A stretch of 63,913 nucleotides of DNA, counting the filler, from Candidatus Fermentibacterota bacterium (GTDB lineage: Bacteria; JAFGKV01), in assembly GCA_016928395.1 (NCBI GenBank). It is 7 parts of 7 records of this genome, joined end to end, with 100 filler letters (N's around TTAATTAATTAA, not from the genome) between each part and the next. Parts side by side here need not be neighbours in the genome. Positions count along the whole stretch, not along the records: positions 47,274 to 53,722 come from JAFGKV010000172.1; positions 53,823 to 61,216 come from JAFGKV010000176.1; 5 more parts are not named here. One strand, given 5' to 3'. Shown here in pieces: positions 49,751-59,816 of the stretch. Under the pieces are notes generated by a model. The model was given only the letters and a program-made list of their open reading frames with translations, was not told the DNA's origin and made no database searches. Position 1 is the first letter of the stretch. Each line of letters opens with the position of its first letter. The translations under genes and the position numbers were made by a program.

Positions 49751-51469
49751 ATGAAAGCCCTTGCCCTGCCGCTCATGGCGCTCTGCGCCCTTCTTCCGCC
49801 TGTATCCGCCATGGCTGCTCATCCCATCATGCTGGAGGGTTACTTCGACGATTGGGACGATGTCGCGCCGCTCTCCTTGGATCCCGAGGGTGACGCCGCG
49901 GCCGGTGGCATCGACTTCCTTCGCCTGTCCGCGACGAATGACAGCTTTGCCTTGTTCCTACGCATCGAGATGAGTCAGGAACTCCTGCATCATTATGACA
50001 ACACCATGATCCTGTGGATCGACGGAGATGACGACGCAACCACGGGACTTCCTGTCAACGGCATTGGCGCGGATCTAGAATGGCGGTTCGGCAGCACTCT
50101 CGGCCTGTTCCACGGCGATGCCGGCCCTGACACGCTGCTGTGGAGTCGGGCCGGCATCCTGGTTGCGCCCTGTTATGCGGCCTCCGCCATCGAATGCGCC
50201 ATCGACCGCTTCATCATGCCGGACGGCGCGACGCGGTTGTTCGTCGGCCCGTCCGCGGCATTCCTCGTGCAGGATGCCAGGCCGGGGGGAGATGTGATGC
50301 CCGATGCCGAGGGCGCACGCCATTCCTTCGACGACAGCCAGAGCCTGGTTCCCGACCCGATCCTGCTGGAGAGGGAGGTCTCGACCGATCTGCGCATCGT
50401 CACCTACAATGTGCTGTGGGACAATCTCTGGCATGAGGCCCCTCGGTTCAGGAAGATCCTGGGAGCCATCGAACCCGACGTGGTGGCCTTCCAGGAGATC
50501 TTCAGCCACGACGCCGAGGCCACAGCCGAGTGGATGGAGGAGCTGTTTTCGGGAACCTGGTACGCGGCACGCCTGGGGGCCGATCTGGTGACCGTGTCGC
50601 GCTATCCGATCCTCGCAACCTGGCAACCGGGCACCGCGTATGCCAGCGCCCACCTTCTTGAGATCCCCAGCCGAAGCGACTCCCTGCTGCTCCTGTTCAA
50701 CCTCCATCTGCCGTGGGGCACGAATGACGAGGGCAGACAGCACGCCATCGACGCTCTCATGGGGTTTCTCCGCGACGTCATGACCCCGGGAAACCTCCCG
50801 GGCATCCCTCCCGGAACGCCCGTTCTCATTACCGGTGATACCAATATGCTGGGTGATCCGCGGCAACTCGCGACGATGCATCTCGGCGACATTTCGGACA
50901 ATGACACCTATGGGCCTGATTTCTCGCCCGACTGGGACGGGTCCTCCCTGGAGGAGTTAATCTCCCGCCAGCCAAATCGTCGCCTGGCGTTCACCACATA
51001 CAAGGAGGACAGCCCCGTTGCCCCGGCGCACATCGACAGGTTCGCCTACACCGGAAGCGTGATGGAGATCGCCAATCATTTCATCCTGCACACGCCGCTG
51101 TTGAGCGAGGAACTGAGGGCTTTGTACGGCCTGTCTCCTGACGATACGAGACTCGCCTCCGACCACCTTCCCCATGTGGCAGACATACGCCGGGCCCCGC
51201 CGGTCTCGGCGCCGGATGCGCCATCGCGCGTGAGACTCGGGGTCTTCCCGAATCCGGCAAGGACCGGTTCGCGAATTCGCGTGGATGTGCCGGCCCTACC
51301 CTGTCGGATCGAACTCCTGGATCTGGCGGGGCGGTGTGTCTCGATTCTCTCTGTTGCGCGCGGAGTATCCCGCGTGCATGTGTCTGCGCCTTCGGCTCCC
51401 GGCATGTACACCCTGCGCAGCCGGCACGCCTCGACGAATGGCACGGCGCTGATTGTTCTCCCCGACTAG
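49751..51469 (+). CDS. Secreted endonuclease/exonuclease/phosphatase-family protein with secretion tail
   Basis: TYNV, AFQEI, GDTN, IDRF and SDHLP motifs; FPNP..DLAGR..PGMY tail. Confidence 0.88.
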   Translation: MKALALPLMALCALLPPVSAMAAHPIMLEGYFDDWDDVAPLSLDPEGDAAAGGIDFLRLSATNDSFALFLRIEMSQELLHHYDNTMILWIDGDDDATTGLPVNGIGADLEWRFGSTLGLFHGDAGPDTLLWSRAGILVAPCYAASAIECAIDRFIMPDGATRLFVGPSAAFLVQDARPGGDVMPDAEGARHSFDDSQSLVPDPILLEREVSTDLRIVTYNVLWDNLWHEAPRFRKILGAIEPDVVAFQEIFSHDAEATAEWMEELFSGTWYAARLGADLVTVSRYPILATWQPGTAYASAHLLEIPSRSDSLLLLFNLHLPWGTNDEGRQHAIDALMGFLRDVMTPGNLPGIPPGTPVLITGDTNMLGDPRQLATMHLGDISDNDTYGPDFSPDWDGSSLEELISRQPNRRLAFTTYKEDSPVAPAHIDRFAYTGSVMEIANHFILHTPLLSEELRALYGLSPDDTRLASDHLPHVADIRRAPPVSAPDAPSRVRLGVFPNPARTGSRIRVDVPALPCRIELLDLAGRCVSILSVARGVSRVHVSAPSAPGMYTLRSRHASTNGTALIVLPD

Positions 51470-51804
51470 CGTATCGACCCCTGACCCTCTACGACCCCGC
51501 ACTCACCGACAGACGATTCGTGAGCAGTGTCTGTGGCGGGCTGTGTTGAGTCGTCTGCGGGTGCAGGCCAACTGGATGAGCGTGTCAGGCAGATTGCGAA
51601 CCGCAGACGCGCACGTATCTTAGGTTTGTCGGCTACCACAAGGTGGCCCGGTCTCATCCGGTGGGAGAGTTCGACTTCGTGACCGCGCTCAGGTAGGAGG
51701 CAGATCACCCGAGGTATCGATTCCACAGGAGGCGTCACCGAGGGCCGGCTGCATCACCCGGCGTGTAGGGTCGCTGGTTCGAGAACGTGAGGGAGGCTAC
51801 TCCG

Positions 51805-53535
51805 ATGAGACTTCGCTCCATGCCACGGCGGACAGCCGCGGTCTTCTTCTTTGCTCTCCTTGGGGGAGTTGCCCGCTCCGGCGATCCCACCGGGTATACC
51901 GGCATCCATCTGAGGGCCGCCATGGACAGCCTCGGGGCGATCCATGTGGTATTCACCACCGGGGGGTGGGCGCATTCCTACTATGGCAGGTTCAACGGCG
52001 TGAACTGGAGCAGCGCCTTCACCTTTCCCGCCTCCGACCCGTGCTATGAACCCACCTATCCTCTGGTGGAAGTCGGGCTGGCCCGGCGAGCTCAGGCACT
52101 GTACGGCACGAATACCGGCTCCTACCCCAACGATCTGGCCTACTTCACCCATGCCGCGGCGAGTGATACGGTCGGATCGGGCTGGGCCACCGCCACCATC
52201 GGGAATGACGGCCTGCGGAGGTCGGACTATGGCCTGGCCTTGGATGAAAACGATGGAGCACACATGGTCTACCGGCAGACAAACATCTTCTGGCCATACT
52301 TCTGGAGGATCATCTACCGCCGGCCGGAGGGGACAGAGGTCGTGATCAAACAGACGCAGGCCGAGACCTATACGGTCATGACCCCTGCCATCGCGTACCG
52401 TGACAGCGTCGTGCACATCATCTGGCGTGAGGGAGGCTCAGCCGGAGGCACAGTAAACCTGTTCTACGCCTCGGGAGCTCCTCAGGGGCCATTCACCATC
52501 CGCCAGTTGACTGGCCTGACCAGCGGCCACTACACCACCCAACCTCCGGACATCGCCATAGCCCCCGACGGCCACGTGGAAATCGTCTACCTCGTGCAGG
52601 ATGTCACCGGGTCGCCCGCCGTGTACGAAGGGGTCTTCGCAGTCGACCCGGACGGCGCAACGGTTCTCATCGATTCCGCGAACGCGGAGGCCACCGGTGC
52701 CGCGGGACCTCGGATTGCCTTTGACGACGCAGGCAACCGCTATGTCGCCTGGGCGCTGGACTCCGCCGGCGAGAGCTACTATGCAGTGAATGCCGACACA
52801 ATCGTGGCGCTGCCCGGCGCGGGCTCCATCGACGTGTGCGCGGGAACGTCTGCCTACTATGTACGGGCGGCTGCCTCAGGCATCCTCTACGGCCAGATCG
52901 GCTCCAGCCACTTCCCGCCTAGCGCCATCATCGACGAGATTGCTCCCAACCCTGTGCGGCGAGGCATCGATGCGGACCTCACCATGCTGGGAACCACATT
53001 TGACAACGATGAGGGCGGGGATGCAGTAGAGACATGGGAATGGATGTCCGATATCAATGGTCTTCTGGGCATCGAAGAGGATCTCACGCTCCCCGCGAGC
53101 TCGCTGGCGCCCGGCATGCACACCATCACCTTTCGATGCCGGGATGATGAGGATGTGTGGTCACTGCCCGACAGCGCGGCGTTGACGGTTTTCCCCGACA
53201 CCATTCCACCTCCACCGGTAGAGACGGTTCACATCGTTCCCGGGCTATGCGACACTCTCCTGGTCTCCTGGGATACAGTGACCGACAATCTCGGCATGGC
53301 CGGCTACCTCGTGTTTCGCGGACACACCGCATGGTTCGATCTTGATGTGCCGGTCGACAGCGTCGAAGCTCTACAGCCTCCTCTGTACGTGGACATAGAG
53401 GGTTTTGCTTCCGGTGTCAAAGCGGCCTTCTACGAGGTTGTTCCCGTTGATGTCGACGGAAACTGCGCCTCTGGAAACGCCCGGGCAGGGGCGATTCAGT
53501 TTGGCGACGGCCTACCCGCCCTGCATTCCAGATAG
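51805..53535 (+). CDS. Secreted propeller + PKD-like + Fn3-like domain protein
   Basis: Signal peptide; D..G..H.V blades; W.SDING.L..L.PG.HTITF; DTIPP..W..DN.G..Y C-domain. Confidence 0.75.
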   Translation: MRLRSMPRRTAAVFFFALLGGVARSGDPTGYTGIHLRAAMDSLGAIHVVFTTGGWAHSYYGRFNGVNWSSAFTFPASDPCYEPTYPLVEVGLARRAQALYGTNTGSYPNDLAYFTHAAASDTVGSGWATATIGNDGLRRSDYGLALDENDGAHMVYRQTNIFWPYFWRIIYRRPEGTEVVIKQTQAETYTVMTPAIAYRDSVVHIIWREGGSAGGTVNLFYASGAPQGPFTIRQLTGLTSGHYTTQPPDIAIAPDGHVEIVYLVQDVTGSPAVYEGVFAVDPDGATVLIDSANAEATGAAGPRIAFDDAGNRYVAWALDSAGESYYAVNADTIVALPGAGSIDVCAGTSAYYVRAAASGILYGQIGSSHFPPSAIIDEIAPNPVRRGIDADLTMLGTTFDNDEGGDAVETWEWMSDINGLLGIEEDLTLPASSLAPGMHTITFRCRDDEDVWSLPDSAALTVFPDTIPPPPVETVHIVPGLCDTLLVSWDTVTDNLGMAGYLVFRGHTAWFDLDVPVDSVEALQPPLYVDIEGFASGVKAAFYEVVPVDVDGNCASGNARAGAIQFGDGLPALHSR

Positions 53536-53574
53536 CCCGCCTGGACAGGACGAAGCGACCGGCTGAGCAGCAAC

Positions 53575-53610
53575 GAAGGCGGCGCCGGGAAATTCCCCGG
53601 CGCCGCCTTC
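53575..53610. terminator. Strong hairpin between convergent genes
   Basis: GAAGGCGGCGCCGGG-N6-CCCGGCGCCGCCTTC. Confidence 0.7.
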
Positions 53611-53625
53611 CTCATGTAAGGGCGC

Positions 53626-53722
53626 TTACTGCTGCATCTCGAAGTCGAACTCACCCGTGGCTGCGGAGGCGGCCGACTCATTGCTCGCCGCATCCACCGC
53701 CGTAATCCGATAGAAATAGTTC
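53626..53722 (-). CDS. C-terminal end of a probable secreted protein; remainder lost at the gap
   Basis: Manual translation NYFYRITAVDAASNESAASAATGEFDFEMQQ*. Confidence 0.7.
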
Positions 53723-53822
53723 NNNNNNNNNNNNNNNNNNNNNNNNNNNNNNNNNNNNNNNNNNNNTTAATTAATTAANNNNNNNNNNNNNNNNNNNNNN
53801 NNNNNNNNNNNNNNNNNNNNNN

Positions 53823-55410
53823 CAACTACAAGCTCAGGGTAGACGGAGTGCTCATTGCCGATGGCGATCCCGCGAACCACATCACCTTCACGTCGAATCA
53901 GGCGACGCCTGCCCCGGGAGACTGGAACCAGGTGCTCTTCTACGGGCCTGACGGGGGCACGGTGCTAAACTACTGCGACATCAGCTATGGCGGATCGAGC
54001 GAGGGCGGAGTGTGTCACCGTAGCGGGGGCAGCCTCAGCATCACCAACTGCACCATCATGCACAGCGCCACCTCCGGCGTGTACGCGTGGACCGCCTCAC
54101 CAACGGTATCAGACTGCACCATCAGTGACAATGTCGGGCACGGCATCCAATGCTTAGACACCACTTCGGACCCGATGGTGACGGACTGCACCATCCAGGA
54201 CAATGGCGGCTGGGCGGTGGTGACTTTCGGGGGCAATGTCAAAGATTACACGGGAGCGATGACCATCACCGGCAACAACCCTGATGCGATTCTCGTGGGG
54301 GCCGACAACACCGTCACGGGCACCTGGCCTAACCATGGCGTGCCCTATGTCATCAACGGCAACCAGTCGGTCGGGAACGGCGCCACACTGACCATTGAGC
54401 CGGGATGTGAAGTTCGGTTCAACGGCAACTACGAGCTCAGGGTAGACGGTGTGCTGATCGCCGCCGGTGACCCCTCGAACCGCATCACCTTCACATCCAA
54501 TCAGCCGACCCCGGCACCGGGAGACTGGAACCAACTGTACTTCGTTGGTCCTGACGCCGGCACGGTGCTGGACTATTGCGACATCAGCTACGGCGGATCG
54601 AGCTTTGGTGCCGTGTATCACCGCAGCGGGGGCAGTCTCGCCATCACCAACAGCACCATCATGCACAGCGGGACCGCCGGCGCATACCTGCAGGATGCCT
54701 CACCAACACTCTCCTCCTGCACGGTGGAGCAGAACACCGTAGCGGGGATCCACTACCTCGGCACGGCCGCCCCGACGCTGAGTGGATGCACACTGCAGTC
54801 AAACCAGTTCGGTGTTCGGGGCGAAGGTGGGATCTGTCATTTCGCCGACACCAATGAGATCATCAACAACACGAGCTATGGCTTCTACCTGACGGGGGCG
54901 TGCACGGCTACCTTCGGTGACACCCTGACCGAGTGGAACGACATATACGGCAACGGTACGTACGACTTCTACAACGGCACCAACGACATCTATGCCTACT
55001 ACGTGTATTGGGGCACGACCGACCCATCGGTGATCTCGTCGCACATCTGGGATGACTTCGATGATACGGCCTTGGGCGTCGTGTATTTCAGCCATTGGTT
55101 GGATGACACCCACGAGAACGAGCAGTCGCTTACCACTCCGGTGATCACCAGCATCAGCGCTGCGGCGGCCGACACGGTGCACATTGCCTGGAACCCGGTC
55201 CCCGGTGCCCTCTCGTACCGCGTGAACTCCTCGGTCATGCCGTGGGCCTCGTACACCATGGACGGCACCGGTACTTTCGCGGACACCACCTGGTCGGCCC
55301 CGCTCAATGGCGACATCCGGTTCTATCGCGTGAACGCGGTGGCCGGTTCGGAGGTGAGCGCCCCCTCCAATATCGTGGGGTATGAGCAGTATGTTGCGGA
55401 CATTCCGTAG
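53823..55410 (+). CDS. Right-handed parallel beta-helix repeat protein, 5'-truncated by the gap
   Basis: I.FTS...GDW..L and .C.I.YGG repeats; internal 603-nt (201-aa) duplication at 53823 versus 54426. Confidence 0.85.
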
Positions 55411-55469
55411 GGCGGAACCTCAAGGCGAACTTTAAGAAAAAAAGTGCGTCCGAAACCGGTCCAACGAGG

Positions 55470-55800
55470 GTTCCCCGCTGGAGGGACGCGATTCCTCGCG
55501 TCCGAACCCGGGTCGGCCCGGACGATGCATAGTGCAACTTCCACGCCCCCGTCATTGCCCGACTCGATCGGGCAATCCAGGCCAAAGTTCATGTAGGTTG
55601 GGTCGGCGAAGCGTAACCCAGCCCCCGTAGGGGCGACCGCCCCTGGTCGCCCGCAGAATCTGGAGGGCAGAGACGCCCTCTAGGGAGTGCGCAACCTTGG
55701 TTGCGCCGCAGGGTGCAGTGTTCGCGGCTGACGCCGCTCCTACCGGGAGGCGCGATGGCAACCCAGCCCCCGTAGGGGCGACCGGCCCTGGTCGCCCGAC
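55470..55800. repeat. Cluster of several REP-like palindrome families
   Basis: GTAGGGGCGACCG.CCCTGGTCGCCC twice, TTCGCGGCTGACGCCGCTCCTAC, GTCATTGCCCGACTCGATCGGGCAATCC, GTAGGTTGGG..AACCCA and GGAGGGACGCGATTCCTCGCGTCC. Confidence 0.75.
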
Positions 55801-56040
55801 GATTCCGGAGTCGCTATCGGAAAGGACAGTGCGACCAGTGGAGTCCGCGCACGCGTACGGGTACGACTGCTGAGCTTTCACAACCCCACCAAGTATCCGC
55901 GCAGATCGCTCAGGCTGTGCACCCAGCCAGCCACGCACATCTGCGGTGTGGCTTCTGCACGACGACCCCTCCCACGGCTGCGGCATGGCCCGTCGATGGG
56001 GTCACGGGCTCCCAGGCAGTCCGTACGGACACCTGCCCCA

Positions 56041-56074
56041 TATAAGACTCGTCCAATATAGGACATGTCCTATA
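56041..56074. promoter_or_regulatory. Tandem palindromic operator-like site, copy 2
   Basis: TATAAGACTCGTCCAATA plus perfect TATAGGACATGTCCTATA at 16-nt period, about 230 nt upstream of the PAP2 operon. Confidence 0.6.
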
Positions 56075-56305
56075 CTCTTAATTCACCCTCCTCACCCTTC
56101 GATGCCCGCTTACCCGTCTCTCTTTCCCACCGGAAGCCCCAGAAATGCGCCACATCCACCTGGGCGGGCTCATCGCCCTCGTCGACGCCTTTTCCTGCGG
56201 CCACATCATTTCCTCACTCGCTCCTCATCACCCATTCATGCCGGCCGGGCATCTTCGCACATACACGGTGTCTTCGACCCATAGAGCTCACACCTGGAGG
56301 CAGTC

Positions 56306-56839
56306 ATGTATGGCACGACAGTCCATGTCATGCAACGGTGGGATCGGGGAGGCTCTCGTCTGGTGTCACGATTCACGAGTCATGCCGTGATGGCCGCTGC
56401 CATGAAGGCACTCTCCCGGCTCGGGGATGGTCACCTCTATCCCCTCCTCGGCCTGCTTCTCATCGCCGTTGATCCTTCCACCCTCCGGACAGTAATCCCC
56501 GCGGCCGCCCTGGCCTTTGTCCTGGAGATCTCGGTGCAGGTGTCCGTCAAGGTGCGAACGCGTCGGCCCCGCCCGTTTCAGGCCGCCACGCCCACCAACC
56601 TGCGAATCCGCCCTCCGACTGATTTCAGCTTCCCCTCGGGGCATGCCGCAGGAGCCTTCATCATGGCATTCTACGGGGCACACCTGTGGCCGAGTGGCGC
56701 CGGCTTCTGCTATGCCATCGCCTCACTCATCGCCATCTCACGGGTCGCCAACGGTGTCCACTACCCCAGCGACGTGATTGCGGGCGCCATCTTGGGCATA
56801 TTGTCCGCCGCACTGGGTGCCGAGGTAGTGTGGCAGTGA
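56306..56839 (+). CDS. PAP2-family phosphatase
   Basis: K....RPRP, SFPSGH and SRV..GVHYPSDV motifs. Confidence 0.92.
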   Translation: MYGTTVHVMQRWDRGGSRLVSRFTSHAVMAAAMKALSRLGDGHLYPLLGLLLIAVDPSTLRTVIPAAALAFVLEISVQVSVKVRTRRPRPFQAATPTNLRIRPPTDFSFPSGHAAGAFIMAFYGAHLWPSGAGFCYAIASLIAISRVANGVHYPSDVIAGAILGILSAALGAEVVWQ

Positions 56840-57960
56840 AGATCGCCTACTTCACCGAGAGCCTGCCCCCCAACACCGATGGAGTCGTCAGGACCATCTG
56901 CAATCTCACGTCCACCCTCGAGGCCCGTGGCGTCGACTATCGGCTCTTCTCGCCTTTCAAGCCCGATCCCTCCTTCTCGTGGAGCCACCGCGTCTATAAG
57001 CTGGTATCACTGCCTCTGGCCCTGTATACGGACTATCGCCTGGCCATTCCCTACTTCCATCCTCTGGACCGTGCTCTGGACAGCTTCCGCCCCGATCTGA
57101 TCCACGTCATCAGCCCAAGCCTCCTCGGGCTGTTTGGCCTGGACTATGCGCGGAAACGGGGACTCCCCGCGGTGTCCAGCTACCACACGCACTTCGTCTC
57201 ATACTTCTCCTATTACGGGTTCTCCAAGGTCACCGGTCCTGGCTGGCGATTCCTCCACTGGTTCCACAATCAGTTCAGGAAGACGTACGCCCCTTCGCCC
57301 AGCGCCGTACGGGAGCTCACGGATCATGGCATCCGGGGGGTCGAGCTATGGCAGAGGGGTGTGGATCTTCGGCGGTTCTCGCCTGCCTACCGCTGTGACG
57401 AATTGCGGCGATCTGTCGGCGCCCACCACGTCCCGCTTCTGCTCTATGTCGGAAGGCTGGTGAAGGAGAAAGATTTGGATGATCTGGTAGAGGCGGCGCA
57501 TCTCCTCCGAATCCGAGGGTGCCGTTTCGCCCTCGCCATCGTGGGCGATGGCCCCATGAGGGAAGAGCTGGGCCAGGCCCTGCCGTGTGCCCATTTCCTG
57601 GGGTATCAGCACGGAGATCAACTGTCTGCATGGTATGCCTCTGCCGATGCGTTTGTGTTTCCCTCCACCACGGAGACCTTCGGCAATGTCATCCTTGAGG
57701 CCTTCGCCTCAGGCCTCCCCGCAGTCGGGGTTTCCCAAGGAGGGGTCGCCGACATCATCACCCATGGGAGAGACGGCCTGCTTGCCCGGCCCCACGACCC
57801 CCGCAGTCTGGCCGACGCCATCCAATCACTGCTCTGCGACGAACCGCGGCGCACCGCCATGGCCCGTGCCGCGCTGTCCACGGCGGCATCATACAGGTGG
57901 GATGCGGTCAATGAGAAGCTGATCAACAGCTATCATGCCGTGTGGACCACCACCAGCTAA
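56836..57960 (+). CDS. Glycosyltransferase family 4 (GT-B, MgtA-like)
   Basis: SYHTHF, RGVD, VGRLVKEK and ETFGNVILEAFASGLP; GTG start overlaps the PAP2 stop. Confidence 0.92.
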   Translation: MKIAYFTESLPPNTDGVVRTICNLTSTLEARGVDYRLFSPFKPDPSFSWSHRVYKLVSLPLALYTDYRLAIPYFHPLDRALDSFRPDLIHVISPSLLGLFGLDYARKRGLPAVSSYHTHFVSYFSYYGFSKVTGPGWRFLHWFHNQFRKTYAPSPSAVRELTDHGIRGVELWQRGVDLRRFSPAYRCDELRRSVGAHHVPLLLYVGRLVKEKDLDDLVEAAHLLRIRGCRFALAIVGDGPMREELGQALPCAHFLGYQHGDQLSAWYASADAFVFPSTTETFGNVILEAFASGLPAVGVSQGGVADIITHGRDGLLARPHDPRSLADAIQSLLCDEPRRTAMARAALSTAASYRWDAVNEKLINSYHAVWTTTS

Positions 57961-57980
57961 GCACCCGCCGGGAGGATCAT

Positions 57981-59816
57981 GTGGCGCCATTTTCCCGCTC
58001 AGGGCGGATTCCGGCCCTCTCCACCACGCGATCTCCTGAAGCTCCCCGCGGCAGAGCGGATCTTCATGTGCACACCTCCCACTCACCCCCCCATGCCGGC
58101 ATGCTCGGCCATCTGCGCCTACCCGAGAGCCATACGTCGCCCCAGGCGGCCTATGCCCTGGCGATGGCCAGAGGGATGGATTTCGTTGCCATCACCGATC
58201 ATGACACCATCACGGGGGCCCTGGAACTTGCCCATGACCCCAAGGTCATCGTGGGGGCCGAGATCAGCGCACGATTCCCCCATGACGGCACCATGATCCA
58301 CGTGATCGCCCTTGGGCTCAGCGAGCCTACTCATCGCATGGCCCAAGGCCTTCGAGACAATGTGTACGAGCTGGTCGAGTTTCTCTCACTGGAGGGCGTG
58401 TTCCACTTCGTGGCCCACCCGTTTTACAGGATGGGGCGGCTGGGTCTGAACCATTTCGAACAACTCCTCCTCCTGTTCAAGGCGTTCGAGACGCGAAACG
58501 GCGGAAAGCAACTCTCGCCGCCTTCCCTTCTGGACAGCACCCTGGACTCACTCACTCCCGGGATTCTCATGGACTTGGCCAACAAGCATGACATGGCTCC
58601 CTATGGCCCCTACCCGTGGAGGAAGACGAAGGTCGGCGGATCCGACGACCATGCGGGAACCGCCATCGGAACCACCTTCACGTTCACGCCCCCGGCCGCA
58701 GACGCCCACGAGTTCTTGGCCCACCTCTCCCAGGGTCGAAGCATCGCTGGAGGGCGGGACGGCTCGGTGACCTCGGTGGCCTCGCAGTACATCGGTTTTG
58801 CCTCGGCCGCCTTCGCGGCCCAGCGCCCCAATCACAATCCAGGAGAGAGCCGTCGAATCACTGTACTTCGCCGCCTTACGGGGCATCCCGAGCGGGCGCC
58901 TTCCGTTCCGATTTTGCCCCACCTGCCCCGTGGCCTGGCTGCCAGAATCCTCGGGATGCTCAACGGGCAATCACAGGTGCATCGCGCGGTGATCGAGACG
59001 CTTCTGGGGGATCCCCAGGCGCGACGTCTGGCACTGTCGGGCATCGATCCCGCCCGGGATGACGATTCTGACCTCTTCGGTATCCTCGCCAGGCTTGCGC
59101 AGGGGATTGCCGATCGGCTTAGGGCCTCAAGAGATGCTGCCCACAGGGGCCTCGCATGGTTGATCCCGGCGCTACCGGCGCTGCCGCTGGCAGCGGCACT
59201 GGTAGCCGAGTTCCGCCAGCGCCCCCTGATGCGAACCATTCGCCGCCGCCATCTGGGCGGCCCGGCGGTGAAGAGTGGCCTCGTGTGTGCCGACCTCGAT
59301 GCATCTCGAGTCTGGTCCAGCCGGCCGTTTCGTCTCTTCATGGCGCCCGAACTCCGTCAAGAGACCCACCTTGCCCTTCTCACGCCCGATACTCTGGCCC
59401 ATTCGGCCCTCATGCGAGGCCTGCGTCAGGGAGACGCGACGACTCTCGTCGACTGGGTCCGGCGCGTGGCGGAGGGGGATCATGATCGCATCTACGTAGT
59501 CACCACAGGCCCCATCGGTCTTCTCGGCATCGCGGTGGGCCTCCTCTTGGAGATCCCGGTTACCATGCGGTTCGGCCGCGCGGAGCGGCGGTTGGCCCTT
59601 GCAGAATATGGTGGTCGTGGGAATCGCGCGTCGCGACCCACGGCAGTTGCGTGGGCGTTGGGTTTGGTGGATGAGGTCAGGGTCACCTCCGAAGCCGCGG
59701 AACGAGCCGCACGTTCGGCGGGAGCCACCAGTGCCCAGATCCGATCCATGGCGCCATGGCGGTCGTGTGCCCTCGACTGGGATCCGGTTGAGTCGAGACC
59801 CGGTGCCATCCGATGA
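57981..59816 (+). CDS. PHP-domain phosphoesterase with a degenerate GT-like C-terminal region
   Basis: DLHVHT, ITDHDT, AHP and GGSDDH motifs; C-terminal TTGPIGLLG recalls the GT4 N-domain but there is no ExFG motif. Confidence 0.75.
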   Translation: MAPFSRSGRIPALSTTRSPEAPRGRADLHVHTSHSPPHAGMLGHLRLPESHTSPQAAYALAMARGMDFVAITDHDTITGALELAHDPKVIVGAEISARFPHDGTMIHVIALGLSEPTHRMAQGLRDNVYELVEFLSLEGVFHFVAHPFYRMGRLGLNHFEQLLLLFKAFETRNGGKQLSPPSLLDSTLDSLTPGILMDLANKHDMAPYGPYPWRKTKVGGSDDHAGTAIGTTFTFTPPAADAHEFLAHLSQGRSIAGGRDGSVTSVASQYIGFASAAFAAQRPNHNPGESRRITVLRRLTGHPERAPSVPILPHLPRGLAARILGMLNGQSQVHRAVIETLLGDPQARRLALSGIDPARDDDSDLFGILARLAQGIADRLRASRDAAHRGLAWLIPALPALPLAAALVAEFRQRPLMRTIRRRHLGGPAVKSGLVCADLDASRVWSSRPFRLFMAPELRQETHLALLTPDTLAHSALMRGLRQGDATTLVDWVRRVAEGDHDRIYVVTTGPIGLLGIAVGLLLEIPVTMRFGRAERRLALAEYGGRGNRASRPTAVAWALGLVDEVRVTSEAAERAARSAGATSAQIRSMAPWRSCALDWDPVESRPGAIR

